Shown piece by piece: positions 12,432 to 25,536 of a stretch of DNA of 64,000 nucleotides. Under the pieces are notes generated by a model that was given only the letters and a program-made list of their open reading frames with translations, was not told the DNA's origin and made no database searches. Origin of the DNA: Adineta vaga (Eukaryota; Animalia; Rotifera); assembly GCA_021613535.1 (NCBI GenBank), contig CP075495.1:496001-560000 (forward strand), written 5' to 3'. The position numbers and the translations under genes are program-made. How positions within the stretch are numbered: position 1 is the stretch's first letter; the number at the start of each line of letters is the position of its first letter.

Positions 12432-13964
12432 TTCTTATATAACCAATGGCGGAATCCACTAATACATATAGTACGTTTTTTAATACTGTGTGTCGTTGTA
12501 GTTTGGGTGGAAAGAGAAACATTCAAACATGGACAACTTTAATTTCATTATTTTTCTCAAAAATACACGTAACTTGATGAGTACAGCTATTTTCTAGCTT
12601 AATTGGCGAACTTATGCCTTGTTTGATCTTGTCATACTTGTACAAAATATATCACAAGTTCAAGACATATCTTAGATTAAGAGGATCCTTCACAATACTC
12701 TAGAAGCTTCTAGAAACGTACAGAAGGATCTAATCGTAGCTATGAGACAGAGAACTTTTTTCAATGCCGTGGAGGGCTCTTCGTAAACTGCTGCCTCCTT
12801 CTGCTACTATCGAAATTTATAAGACGACCATTGCCCTCTGCCTATCAACTCGAGTAAAGGTGTCCACAGATCCATTCATCCAGAGTTTATGAGGAGGAGA
12901 GTGTTACTTTTTTCTCTCGAACACTTTTACACTTTCTTTCAGATCATATGTTCACACAAACTTCTATTTCTCAGTGTAGTTACGGTACTAGATGTTGGAG
13001 TAGTAGCAAATTCTCTTTGAAAGATTGCCTGTGGGAATAGTTATTAGGAGACTACTAGAGTAGCTCAACTATTTAGTAATCCACTCGTCGCTATTTTTCA
13101 CCTTTTTCACAAAATATTTGATGCAATTCAAGACGAACGAAATGAATTGACTAATACTAGACTATAGATCGATTTTTAAGGACGTTATCATTAGTCTAGC
13201 TTTTACGAAAAAAATTGATCATTGAAAATAGCAAGTTCTATCTCGATGTTGTATATTACAAAATCAGTTCATTCGGGTTGTGATCATTTCATTATCAAAT
13301 AATTTCAAAGATCAACTCGACATTAACCGATATTCGTTTACTTTTAGCATTATGAAACTGAATCGTATTTCTAAGCCTAGAGGAAGAATTATATCTTGGA
13401 CTCTTCTTCATATCTTGTGTAGTATTTGAGAAATATGCAGAGGCTATAATATATCATTTCATGAAAAAACATAATCACTACTTAGTTTTAAGTGCTTTAA
13501 AACGTCTCACTCTCATTACATCGCACCGCTTTTTCTCAAATTATTAGTTCAATCCAATAAAGTAGAACATCAGAACAGAAGTTGTGCCGCTCAACTGTTC
13601 TGTACAGCAGTAACATTAATTAAGCTTCATATCTCTCTTTATCATTATAACAAATAGAGAGATTCAGCTTTGTTTTTGTTAATACTATATTTCATTTGCC
13701 TAGCATCTACGTACATTCATATGTGACTATTTTACATACCACATGATCCTATATACTGAAGAGAACCATAGAAAGAAACAAAGGAGCAGATCACGTGTTG
13801 TATGTACTAGAGTCGTACATATTAATAAAACTTGTAATCATCATCCCGTTCACAATTTCATTCAGCTTCGTACTTGGCATTGACATGATTCCGATGATCT
13901 AACATAATAGATGCCGTAACCAGCTTCGTATCTCTATGAATTCGTATTTCTTCTCTCGATCATG

Positions 13965-14122
13965 TAGAAGGGGGAGTGAGTGCAACCATATTTTTTGGGT
14001 ATACTACCACCAAAAAAACGAACTTTCTAAAAGCAGGGAGGCGCAACCCCCTTTCTTCCTATTAATTTTCTGACGAAAGGGGGTCGCCACACCTCACTTG
14101 CCCCTCCCTATCTAGCCTACTG
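13965..14122. mobile_element. Small hAT-like MITE remnant with 8-bp target-site duplication
   Basis: cgatcatg at 13957-13964 and 14123-14130; right end reads CAGTAG on the minus strand; GC-rich imperfect inverted arms. Confidence 0.55.
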
Positions 14123-14478
14123 CGATCATGTGTTTGATAATACAATCGACCTTTGACGACTACTTAGTAGTATAAAACAAGATAGGGAGATCCAATACAT
14201 GACTGAGTAACGAAGGAGATCTACATCGAGTTCCGCAGTATAAAACTTAGGGAGAAAACGTGTAACAATTTCCTAGAAGTAAGCGGGCTCATACATGATA
14301 TACCTTTTTCAGCCACTCCTAAAAGAAAATGTGTTGCGAAGGATCATAAACATTATTTATCATCTCGATCTCGTGTTGACATATCCCTTCCGACACTTCT
14401 CATTTCACGCGATAAGCAGCAAAACGTACAAACGAATACTACTTTCTACGACGAATATCTACCAAAACCAGTGAGCAT

Positions 14479-14804
14479 CAGTGACATGATCGATTCGGTT
14501 TCGAACCGAACCGAACGGAACCGAATTGACTCGGTCCGGTTCGATTTTAGATTTTTAGTAAACGGTTTGGTTTAATTTAAAACTTTTTTGGTTCCATTCG
14601 ATTCGGTTTGAGAATAATGGGACGGAATCCCATCAAAATCGATAATTCTAACACATTTCTATACTTTTTAAAAATTTTGACTCGATTCGACCCGGTTCGG
14701 CTCGACTAAAAACGTTTTCGGTTCGAATCGATCAACGATTTTCTAACGTCGGATCGACTCCGTTCGGTTCGGTTCGACAAAAATAAAACCGAATCCCATC
14801 ACTG
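14479..14804. mobile_element. hAT-like MITE with AACCG/CGGTT subterminal repeats
   Basis: cagtga...gattcggttt / aaaccgaatcccatcactg TIRs; near-identical 8-bp TSD gtgagcat / ctgagcat. Confidence 0.8.
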
Positions 14805-15168
14805 CTGAGCATTCAAATCTTCTTTTCGTTCTTCTCTCACGTCCAAGCGATCTGTAGGTGAAGCGATACACCATCACAACTTATACCTTTCTCACAAATT
14901 GCTAAATCGACATTAACTTCATTTTAAGATTTTTTTAGGTAGAGACCTAAAGGACGTCAGTCACCAATACTCAAATAAAATCTATTCAGATATCCGACTT
15001 ATAAATTGTATCCGACTGACCATATCAAACGCTTCAAACACATCAAGACTGAACTGTTCTATCTCCACTGTTCCTTATTCCAGTGACAAAAAATCCTTTG
15101 ACATACTGCAATCACTAAACTGGTGCAAATCAAATATTTTCATAAACAGTTAATACTTCAGGTTCTAC

Positions 15169-18100
15169 TTCCATGTGATGTCCGTTGATGTTCTCATACT
15201 CCTACACTTTGGTTCGATGTTAGTCAAACGGTTGAACAGAAGTCTCATGAGAACTGTCTCTATTCCATGTGATGTCCGTTGATGTTCTCATGCTCCTACA
15301 CTTTGGTTCGATGTTAGTCAAACGGTTGAACAAAAGTCTGATGAGAACTGTCTCTATTCCATGTGATGTCCGTTGATGTTCTCATGCTCCTACACTTTGG
15401 TTCGATGTTAGTCAAACGGTTGAACAAAAGTCTGATGAGAACTGTCTGTATTCCATGTGATGTCCGTCGATGTTCTCATGCTCCTACACTTTGGTTCGAT
15501 GTTAGTCAAACGGTTGAACAGAAGTCTGATGAGAACTGTCTGTATTCCATGTCATGTCCGTTGATGTTCTCATGCTCCTACACTTTGGTTCGATGTTAGT
15601 CAAATAGTTGAAGCGAAGTATTATGAGAACTGTCTCTATTCCATGTGATGTCCGTTGATGTTCTCATACTCCTACACTTTGGTTCGATGTTAGTTGAATA
15701 GTTGAAGAGCAGTCTCTTCAGAACTATCTGTATTCCATGTGATGTCCGTTGATGTTCTCATACTCCTACACTTTGGTTCGATGTTAGTCAAACGGTTGAA
15801 CAGAAGTCTCGTGAGAACTGTCTGTATTCCATGTGATGTCCGTTGATGTTCTCATGCTCCTACACTTTGCTTCGATGTTAGTTGAATAGTTGAAGAGCAG
15901 TCTCTTCAGAACTGTCTGTATTCCATGTGATGTCCGTTGATGTTCTCATGCTCCTACACTTTGGTTCGATGTTAGTCAAACGGTTGAACAGAAGTCTCGT
16001 GAGAACTGTCTCTATTCCATGTGATGTCCGTTGATGTTCTCATGCTCCTACACTTTGCTTCGATGTTAGTTGAATAGTTGAAGAGCAGTCTCTTCAGAAC
16101 TGTCTGTATTCCATGTGATGTCCGTTGATGTTCTCATGCTCCTACACTTTGGTTCGCTGTTAGTCAAACGGTTGAACAGAAGTCTGATGAGAACTGTCTC
16201 TATTCCATGTCATGTCCGTTGATGTTCTCATACTCCTACACTTTGGTTCGATGTTAGTCAAATAGTTGAAGCGAAGTATTATGAGAACTGTCTGTATTCC
16301 ATGTGATGTCCGTTGATGTTCTCATACTCCTACACTTTGGTTCGATGTTAGTTGAATAGTTGAAGAGCAGTCTCTTCAGAACTGTCTGTATTCCATGTGA
16401 TGTCCGTTGATGTTCTCATGCTCCTACACTTTGGTTCGATGTTAGTCAAACGGTTGAACAGAAGTCTCATGAGAACTGTCTGTATTCCATGTGATGTCCG
16501 TTGATGTTCTCATGCTCCTACACTTTGGTTCGATGTTAGTCAAACGGTTGAACAGAAGTCTCGTGAGAACTGTCTCTATTCCATGTGATGTCCGTTGATG
16601 TTCTCATGCTCCTACACTTTGGTTCGATGTTAGTCAAATAGTTGAAGCGAAGTATTATGAGAACTGTCTCTATTCCCTGTGATGTCCGTTGATGTTCTCA
16701 TACTCCTACACTTTGGTTCGATGTTAGTCAAACGGTTGAACAGAAGTCTCATGAGAACTGTCTCTATTCCATGTGATGTCCGTTGATGTTCTCATACTCC
16801 TACACTTTGGTTCGATGTTAGTCAAACGGTTGAACAGAAGTCTCGTGAGAACTGTCTGTATTCCATGTGATGTCCGTCGATATTCTCATGCTCCTACACT
16901 TTGCTTCGATGTTAGTCAAACGGTTGAACAGAAGTCTGATGAGAACTGTCTGTATTCCATGTGATGTCCGTTGATGTTCTCATACTCCTACACTTTGGTT
17001 CAATGTTAGTTGAATAGTTGAAGAGCAGTCTCTTCAGAGCTGTCTCTATTCCATGTGATGTCCGTTGATGTTCTCATGCTCCTACACTTTGGTTCGATGT
17101 TAGTCAAACGGTTGAACAGAAGTCTGATGAGAACTGTCTGTATTCCATGTGATGTCCGTTGATGTTCTCATGCTCCTACACTTTGGTTCAATGTTAGTTG
17201 AATAGTTGAAGAGCAGTCTCTTCAGAGCTGTCTCTATTCCATGTGATGTCCGTTGATGTTCTCATGCTCCTACACTTTGGTTCGATGTTAGTCAAACGGT
17301 TGAACAGAAGTCTGATGAGAACTGTCTGTATTCCATGTGATGTCCCTCGATATTCTCATACTCCTACACTTTGGTTCGATGTTAGTCAAACGGTTGAACA
17401 GAAGTCTCGTGAGAACTGTCTGTATTCCATGTGATGTCCGTTGATGTTCTCATGCTCCTACACTTTGGTTCGATGTTAGTCAAACGGTTGAACAGAAGTC
17501 TGATGAGAACTGTCTCTATTCCATGTGATGTCCGTTGATGTTCTCATACTCCTACACTTTGGTTCGATGTTAGTCAAACGGTTGAACAGAAGTCTCGTGG
17601 AGAACTGTCTCTATTCCATGTGATGTCCGTTGATGTTCTCATGCTCCTACACTTTGGTTCGATGTTAGTCAAACGGTTGAACAGAAGTCTGATGAGAACT
17701 GTCTGTATTCCATGTGATGTCCGTTGATGTTCTCATACTCCTACACTTTGGTTCGATGTTAGTCAAACGGTTGAACAGAAATCTCGTGAGAACTGTCTGT
17801 ATTCCATGTGATGTCCGTTGATGTTCTCATGCTCCTACACTTTGGTTCGATGTTAGTCAAACGGTTGAACAGAAGTCTGATGCGAACTGTCTGTATTCCA
17901 TGTGATGTCCGTTGATGTTCTCATGCTCCCACACTTTGGTTCGATGTTAGTCAAACGGTTGAACAGAAGTCTGATGAGAACTGTCTGTATTCCATGTGAT
18001 GTCCGTTGATGTTCTCATGCTCCTACACTTTGGTTCGATGTTAGTCAAACGGTTGAACAGAAGTCTCGTCAGAACTGTCTCTATTCCATGTGATGTCCGT

Positions 18101-21100
18101 TCATGTTCTCATGCTCCTACACTTTGGTTCGATGTTAGTCAAACGGTTGAACAGAAGTCTGATGAGAACTGTCTGTATTCCATGTGATGTCCGTTGATGT
18201 TCTCATGTTCCTACACTTTGGTTCGATGTTAGTCAAACGGTTGAACAGAAGTCTCGTGAGAACTGTCTGTATTCCATGTGATGTCCGTTGATGTTCTCAT
18301 ACTCCTACACTTTGGTTCGATGTTAGTTGAATAGTTGAAGAGCAGTCTCTTCAGAACTGTCTGTATTCCATGTGATGTCCGTTGATGTTCTCATGCTCCT
18401 ACACTTTGGTTCGATATTGGTCAAACGGTTGAACAGAAGTCTCTTCAGAGCTGTCTGTATTCCATGTGATGTCCGTTGATGTTCTCATGCTCCTACACTT
18501 TGGTTCGATGTTAGTCAAACGGTTGAACAGAAGTCTCGTGAGAACTGTCTGTATTCCATGTGATGTCCGTTGATGTTCTCATACTCCTACACTTTGGTTC
18601 GATGTTAGTCAAACGGTTGAACAGAAGTCTCGTGAGAACTGTCTGTATTCCATGTGATGTCCGTCGATATTCTCATGCTCCTACACTTTGCTTCGATGTT
18701 AGTCAAACGGTTGAACAGAAGTCTGATGAGAACTGTCTCTATTCCATGTGATGTCCGTTGATGTTCTCATGCTCCTACACTTTGGTTCGATGTTAGTCAA
18801 ACGGTTGAACAGAAGTCTGATGAGAACTGTCTGTATTCCATGTGATGTCCGTTGATGTTCTCATGCTCCTACACTTTGGTTCAATGTTAGTTGAATAGTT
18901 GAAGAGCAGTCTCTTCAGAACTGTCTGTATTCCATGTGATGTCCGTTGATGTTCTCATGCTCCTACACTTTGGTTCGATATTGGTCAAACGGTTGAACAG
19001 AAGTCTCTTCAGAGCTGTCTGTATTCCATGTGATGTCCGTTGATGTTCTCATACTCCTACACTTTGGTTCGATGTTAGTCAAACGGTTGAACGGAAGTCT
19101 TTTCAGAGCTGTCTGTATTCCATGTGATGTCCGTTGATGTTCTCATGCCCCTACACTTTGGTTCGATGTTAGTCAAACGGTTGAACAGAAGTCTGATGAG
19201 AACTGTCTGTATTCCATGTGATGTCCGTTGATGTTCTCATGCTCCTACACTTTGGTTCAATGTTAGTTGAATAGTTGAAGAGCAGTCTCTTCAGAGCTGT
19301 CTCTATTCCATGTGATGTCCGTTGATGTTCTCATGCTCCTACACTTTGGTTCGATGTTAGTCAAACGGTTGAACAGAAGTCTGATGAGAACTGTCTGTAT
19401 TCCATGTGATGTCCCTCGATATTCTCATACTCCTACACTTTGGTTCGATGTTAGTCAAACGGTTGAACAGAAGTCTCGTGAGAACTGTCTGTATTCCATG
19501 TGATGTCCGTTGATGTTCTCATGCCCCTACACTTTGGTTCGATGTTAGTCAAACGGTTGAACAGAAGTCTGATGAGAACTGTCTGTATTCCATGTGATGT
19601 CCGTTGATGTTCTCATGCTCCTACACTTTGGTTCAATGTTAGTTGAATAGTTGAAGAGCAGTCTCTTCAGAGCTGTCTCTATTCCATGTGATGTCCGTTG
19701 ATGTTCTCATACTCCTACACTTTGGTTCGATGTTAGTCAAACGGTTGAACAGAAGTCTGATGAGAACTGTCTGTATTCCATGTGATGTCCGTTGATGTTC
19801 TCATGCTCCTACACTTTGCTTCGATGTTAGTCAAACGGTTGAAGAGAAGTCTCATGAGAACTGTCTCTATTCCATGTGATGTCCGTTGATGTTCTCATAC
19901 TCCTACACTTTGGTTCGATGTTAGTCAAACGGTTGAACAGAAGTCTGATGAGAACTGTCTGTATTCCATGTGATGTCCGTTGATGTTCTCATGCTCCTAC
20001 ACTTTCGTTCGATGTTAGTCAAACGGTTGAAGAGAAGTCTCATGAGAACTGTCTCTATTCCATGTGATGTCCGTTGATGTTCTCATACTCCTATACTTTG
20101 GTTCGATATTGGTCAAACGGTTGAACAGAAGTCTCTTCAGAGCTGTCTCTATTCCATGTGATGTCCGTTGATGTTCTCATGCTCCTACACTTTGCTTCGA
20201 TGTTAGTCAAATAGTTGAAGCGAAGTATTATGAGAACTGTCTCTATTCCATGTGATGTCCGTTGATGTTCTCATACTCCTACACTTTGCTTCGATGTTAG
20301 TCAAATAGTTGAAGCGAAGTATTATGAGAACTGTCTCTATTCCATGTGATGTCCGTTGATGTTCTCATACTCCTACACTTTGGTTCGATGTTAGTCAAAC
20401 GGTTGAACAGAAGTCTGATGAGAACTGTCTCTATTCCATGTGATGTCCGTTGATGTTCTCATACTCGTACACTTTGGTTTGATGTTAGTCAAACGGTTGA
20501 ACAGAAGTCTCGTGAGAACTGTCTGTATTCCATGTGATGTCCGTTGATGTTCTCATACTCCTACACTTTGGTTCGATATTGGTCAAACGGTTGAACAGAA
20601 GTCTCTTCAGAGCTGTCTCTATTCCATGTGATGTCCGTTGATGTTCTCATACTCCTACACTTTGGTTCGATGTTAGTCAAACGGTTGAACAGAAGTCTGA
20701 TGAGAACTGTCTGTATTCCATGTGATGTCCGTTGATGTTCTCATACTCCTACACTTTGGTTCGATGTTAGTCAAACGGTTGAACAGAAGTCTGATGAGAA
20801 CTGTCTGTATTCCATGTGATGTCCGTTGATGTTCTCATACTCCTACACTTTGGTTCGATGTTAGTCAAACGGTTGAACAGAAGTCTGATGAGAACTGTCT
20901 GTATTCCATGTGATGTCCGTTGATGTTCTCATGCTCCTACACTTTGGTTCGATGTTAGTCAAACGGTTGAACAGAAGTCTGATGAGAACTGTCTGTATTC
21001 CATGTGATGTCCGTTGATGTTCTCATGCTCCTACACTTTGGTTCGATGTTAGTCAAACGGTTGAACAGAAGTCTCGTGAGAACTGTCTGTATTCCATGTG

Positions 21101-22058
21101 ATGTCCGTTGATGTTCTCATGCTCCTACACTTTGGTTCGATGTTAGTCAAACGGTTGAACAGAAGTCTGATGAGAACTGTCTGTATTCCATGTGATGTCC
21201 GTCGATGTTCTCATGCTCCTACACTTTGCTTCGATGTTAGTTGAATAGTTGAAGAGCAGTATTATGAGAACTGTCTCTTTTCCATGTGATGTCCGTTGAT
21301 GTTCTCATACTCGTACACTTTGGTTTGATGTTAGTCAAACGGTTGAACAGAAGTCTCGTGAGAACTGTCTCTATTTCCTTGCATGTCTTTGGTTCTCATT
21401 TTACTCCTACACTTTGTTCGAGTCAAACGACGGTTGAACAGAGTCTCGATGCAGGGAACTGTCTGTATTCCATGTGATGTCGTTGATATTCTCATGCTCC
21501 TACACTTTGGTTCGATGTTAGTCAAACGGTTGAGACAGAAGTCTGATGAGAAGCTGTCTGTATTCATGTGATGTCCGTTGATGTTCTCATTACTCCTGAC
21601 ACTTTGGTTCGATGTTAAGTTTGAAACGGTTGAACAGAAGTCTCTTCAGAGCTGTCTCTATTCCATGTGATGTCCGTTGTTGATGTTCTCATCATGCTCC
21701 TAACCCAACTTTGGTTCGATGTTAGTCAAAACGGTTGAACAGAAGTCTGATGAGAATCTGTCTGTATTCCATGTGATGTCCACGTGATACAGTTCTCTCA
21801 TGTCTCCTACAACTTTTGGTTCAATGTAGTATCTCCTGACCATAGTTGAAAGAGCAGTCTCTTACAGAAGCTGTCTGTATATCCATGTGTCATGCTCCGT
21901 TGATGTTCTCATGCTCCTACACTTTGATGTTCGATGTTAGTCGAAACGGTTGAACATGAAGTCTCCCTCATGAGAACTGTCTGTATTCCATGTGATGTCC
22001 GTTGATGTTCTCATAATAGCTCCTACACTTTGTTTCGATGTTGGTCAAACGGTTGAAC
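15169..22058. repeat. Tandem satellite array, 94-bp unit, ~73 copies
   Basis: Unit ttccatgtgatgtccgttgatgttctcat(a/g)ctcctacactttggttcgatgttagtcaaacggttgaacagaagtct(g/c)(a/g)tgagaactgtct(g/c)ta repeated head-to-tail; indel-rich from ~21360. Confidence 0.97.
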
Positions 22059-22347
22059 GGATCCAGGATATATAGTTAAGAAGGTAACCAGGTGACGATC
22101 CAACGATCTAACGATCTAACTCATGCACTGACGATGTAATGAGGTACGTTGGTGGGGGTTAGCGTATGGGTGACCGTTAGAATAGGAACGCGATAATTGA
22201 ATGTTTGCTGTCAGAGAAGAGTATTTACGTGTTGAAAGTGAGAGCTCAAGTCATGGCGATTGCGCCGTCAGTCGTTGCAAACACTCAAAATTATGATTTA
22301 TGTCATATTCAAGAAGAAGAAAATAAACCTACCCACTTTGTATAAAT

Positions 22348-23608
22348 ATATGAGTGAATCGTAAGTTTTCTGTACAATTGAGGAAAAAAAATGAAAGTAC
22401 TCCGAGAGACAATTTGATTCGTACATTTTGTTCCTTATCATTCACTGACTCTGTAGTAAAAATTTCCGCGCTACCCGACTCGTCCTTGCGGAGATATTTG
22501 AGCATCAAGTTCGGGTTTTTCAACAAAAATTATTTTAAAAGAAAATGCGCCGCATATGCGTTGAAAGCCCATGTATGTTTTCTATAAACAATGTTTTTTC
22601 TTGTTGTAGATTTCATCTAGAAAACTTATACCGCTCCGGCACAAAGCTCCGGCTCTTGAAAATTTAAAAAGAAGCCTTAAATTTTGATATAATGACAAAA
22701 GGCGTATTAATTAAGACTTTAGCCCTAAGGTCTGATGATCTGCCAGAAATGGCTTCCGAATAGCCCAAAAAGAAATAAATGAGACTCAGAACGTGCTCAT
22801 GAGTCGAAAGGTCTATGATAGTAATGCTTTCCATGGAAATCAGCTTAAAAATATATAAGAAAAAAAAATGGGTCTACAAGAAAAACTGGGTCTACATTCT
22901 GAAGTATATCGTAAAACCCTCCCTAAAAATAAGCGAAACAGAGAACTAGTTGATGATATTCTCGTTCAGTTTTTCAAGCTGCATCTTTCTGTGGTAGTCC
23001 GACTAATTTTCTACCAGTAGTTGAGGAATAAAAGAAAAAATAAAACTGAAAAACTGGGTCTACAGTTAGTATGTAATTAAAGCTTTTTGATCTTCTGACC
23101 TAATTATAAAAAGTTTATCACAACTATTTTTAGATAGTTATGTAGTATTTTTTACGCTCTAGCTTTGACTGATTTTGACTTTTTTTAAAAAAATGCTCCT
23201 TGTTCCTCTAGGATCATTTTAAACTGGGTCTACACGTTGTCTGTAAATCTGTTTTCGTCAAATAGACTAGAAAAAATAAAAACAAAACCAAAAGTGAGTT
23301 ACATGGATGGATAGAGAATTAAATTCTGCATAAAACGTGCTATTCGTCTTTTCTATTCTTCTCCTTTCGTTACTTCAAAAATTTCGTTTTCTATCGACGA
23401 CTCATCGAAAAAAATGCTTTTTTGGACTTGTCTCCCCTATATCTCAGCCGGACAATGAGTTATGGAGCTGAAAACTTCTGTGGTAGTGGGAGATACAGTA
23501 AGGAACGTGAGGAGAAAAAAGATCTAAGATCGCACTACAGGAACTAAAATTATAGGCGAAAAGGCTGAAAAAATGCAATTGTACAATAAAGTTACGATTC
23601 ACTCATAT
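22348..23608. mobile_element. Non-autonomous DNA transposon (~1.26 kb) with ~33-bp TIRs
   Basis: atatgagtgaatcgtaagttttctgtacaattg ... caattgtacaataaagttacgattcactcatat; internal (aaac)tgggtctaca repeated 4 times; no transposase ORF. Confidence 0.75.
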
Positions 23609-24191
23609 GTTTGTTGAGAACTATTGAAGAATGTGTGATAAGAAGTTTTGATGAAGTTACATTTTGTCAATTAACTGCAAATGATTGATTGACTACAAAA
23701 AGTGATGCTTTCTACGCATCGTGAATTTGAATAATATTACATAGACCCAACCTCAACTGCTGTTGATGGATTAAATAACTGATTACGACATATCGAAATA
23801 GTTTTGAAATTCTAGATGTTTGATATAAAATTGTAATAGAATTGACTTTTCTTTGTATTTGGAAAGTTGAATCTTCATGGGTCGACTTTCTGACTAAAAT
23901 TACCTATTATTATCATTTATCAACAACGAAAGATTACATAAAACTAGGCAAATATCTCAATCAGAGTCGTTCATCATTACTCTATTCATAGCAGATTTAC
24001 TGAATATTTTGTTTATCGAAGAAAAAGATTTTGTGTTAGAAATCTCTGTTGATTGTAAACAAAATAACAAACCAAAAGCGATTTCGAAAGTTTTTTTATA
24101 AACACATAGTATTGTTGAAAGAAATTAAAAAACTGTTAATCAGATTATAGTATTTATTGTCATAATGTCAGAATAAGAAGATTGTGTTGAG

Positions 24192-25172
24192 TTATTGATG
24201 ACGACGAAAAATTTTCCATAATTCTTTTCGAAAAACTGTTCCAGATAAAGTATAAATATAAAAATTAACACAATTATTTGAAAATAAACTTAAAATACTC
24301 AAAATAAAGATTGTATTTTCGATTGCTCGACGTAACGATGATTTATTTTCATTCATTGTTGCAATTGCATAAAATTTATAAATACTAATTGGAAATGATG
24401 AAAATACATAATAAATCACTTGAATTAATAACATCATGATTAATTGTACATCACGTTTTTGTATTGATTCTTTATTTTCATCATGTGTAACTCGATGACT
24501 TGTTATTGAATTCGTTCCATTTCGTTTTGTAATAACACGAAGATGTTTTCGACGAATATTTCGTACAATTAAATAACCAAATATCATCATCATTAAAGCT
24601 GGAGCAAAAATTTCGAAAAGAAATTGCATTAAACTATCAACAATTTGACAAATAACATTCTGTTGTAATTGATAACATGATTGTGGTGCGCCAAGTAAAT
24701 GTTGATAACTATCAATACAATAGAATTCTTCACCAAAGACAAAAATTCCAAAGATTAAAACAAAAATAATTGATAAATAAGTATTTTTCTTTGTCACTAA
24801 TTGTCGTTTATGAATATCAGTTGATGATGTTAAATAACGTTCAATACAAGCAAAACCAATGAACCAAGCGGCTGTATATCCCGAATAATAGGTTGTAAAT
24901 AATCGAAATTTACAAAGAATCGATGAATATTGTGATGCATCATAATTAAATCCATTGAGAACACGAGCAACAAGACCAGCAATGATTTTAATTCCATCGG
25001 AAATACTTGATGCCAAAAAGAAGATAATACATGAATTATTTCGAAAAGTTTGTCGTGTAAAAACTAAAATATTTAGAATATTTCCAATTAATCCAAAGAA
25101 AATAAGAGGTATTGGGCCATAACGATTCAATCCTTGATTAAATGTAACAAAATTAAATGATGAAGTTGACAT
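24192..25172 (-). CDS. Rhodopsin-like (class A) GPCR
   Basis: Intronless 326 aa; GLIGNILNILVF, CKFR, ACIERY, NFYIYTLSG..FRKEL. Confidence 0.9.
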   Translation of the reverse strand: MSTSSFNFVTFNQGLNRYGPIPLIFFGLIGNILNILVFTRQTFRNNSCIIFFLASSISDGIKIIAGLVARVLNGFNYDASQYSSILCKFRLFTTYYSGYTAAWFIGFACIERYLTSSTDIHKRQLVTKKNTYLSIIFVLIFGIFVFGEEFYCIDSYQHLLGAPQSCYQLQQNVICQIVDSLMQFLFEIFAPALMMMIFGYLIVRNIRRKHLRVITKRNGTNSITSHRVTHDENKESIQKRDVQLIMMLLIQVIYYVFSSFPISIYKFYAIATMNENKSSLRRAIENTIFILSILSLFSNNCVNFYIYTLSGTVFRKELWKIFRRHQ

Positions 25173-25450
25173 GTTATAATTAAGAAAGGATAAAAGAGAC
25201 TGACTTCTTTTCTTGTTTTCTCAAACATAAGTGATAATCGCCATGGGAGACGAAAACTAAAAAAAGAAAAAACCTTTCAAGCTAATTATCAACATGAAAC
25301 ATTAACCTACTTTTTCACAATTACATCAAATATTTATCCTTATTTACAATTGATTTTCAATAGTATGTTAACATTTACAAGATTCTGTTCTTAAATAACA
25401 CTGATAAGATGCTATCGCGTTTTATTTTAGAAATCATAAAATTATTGATA

Positions 25451-25536
25451 AAAATGTTTATTTTGTTACAGTTTTCATTTAGTGAAATATGTTTAATCAT
25501 CGATCGTTTCATCAAGAATTTCTTCTAATTCAATTT
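25451..25536 (-). pseudogene. 3'-end remnant of an ART gene (paralog of 28943-29357)
   Basis: Reads IELEEILDETIDD* plus 3'UTR with AATAAA; aligns with 28901-28992 (IELKEVLDKSLKIDD*); cut off at the ttgagggtgggtgtgggtg motif. Confidence 0.65.

Noticed and set aside
12263-12526. 87-aa ORF with DPIG-like repeats
   Set aside because: Translation of MITE subterminal ATCCGA repeats
12630-14270. Possible LTR-retrotransposon remnant (TG start, tctagaagcttctagaa, gtaaca end)
   Set aside because: No second LTR, matching TSD, PBS or coding remnant could be identified by eye
15363-21571. Short ORFs (MMSVDV...) or a repeated exon-intron gene in the array (tgactaac...tag on the minus strand resembles branch point + acceptor)
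   Set aside because: Unit length 94 is not a multiple of 3; the implied 41-nt exon breaks frame and the donor is weak and variable
15169-22058. CRISPR-like array (constant repeat plus variable segment)
   Set aside because: The variable segments are only 3-4 mutually homologous alleles reused many times, not unique spacers; no cas genes; eukaryotic context
15169-22058. Tandem hammerhead ribozymes (CTGATGAG in many units, CTGAAGAG on the minus strand)
   Set aside because: No GAAA follows the gaac/gttc stem, no compatible stems I/III, and the CTGATGA word varies freely (ctcatga, ctcgtga)
22329-22587. Small ORFs at the left end of the 1.26-kb element as transposase
   Set aside because: Too short and no DDE or other transposase motif
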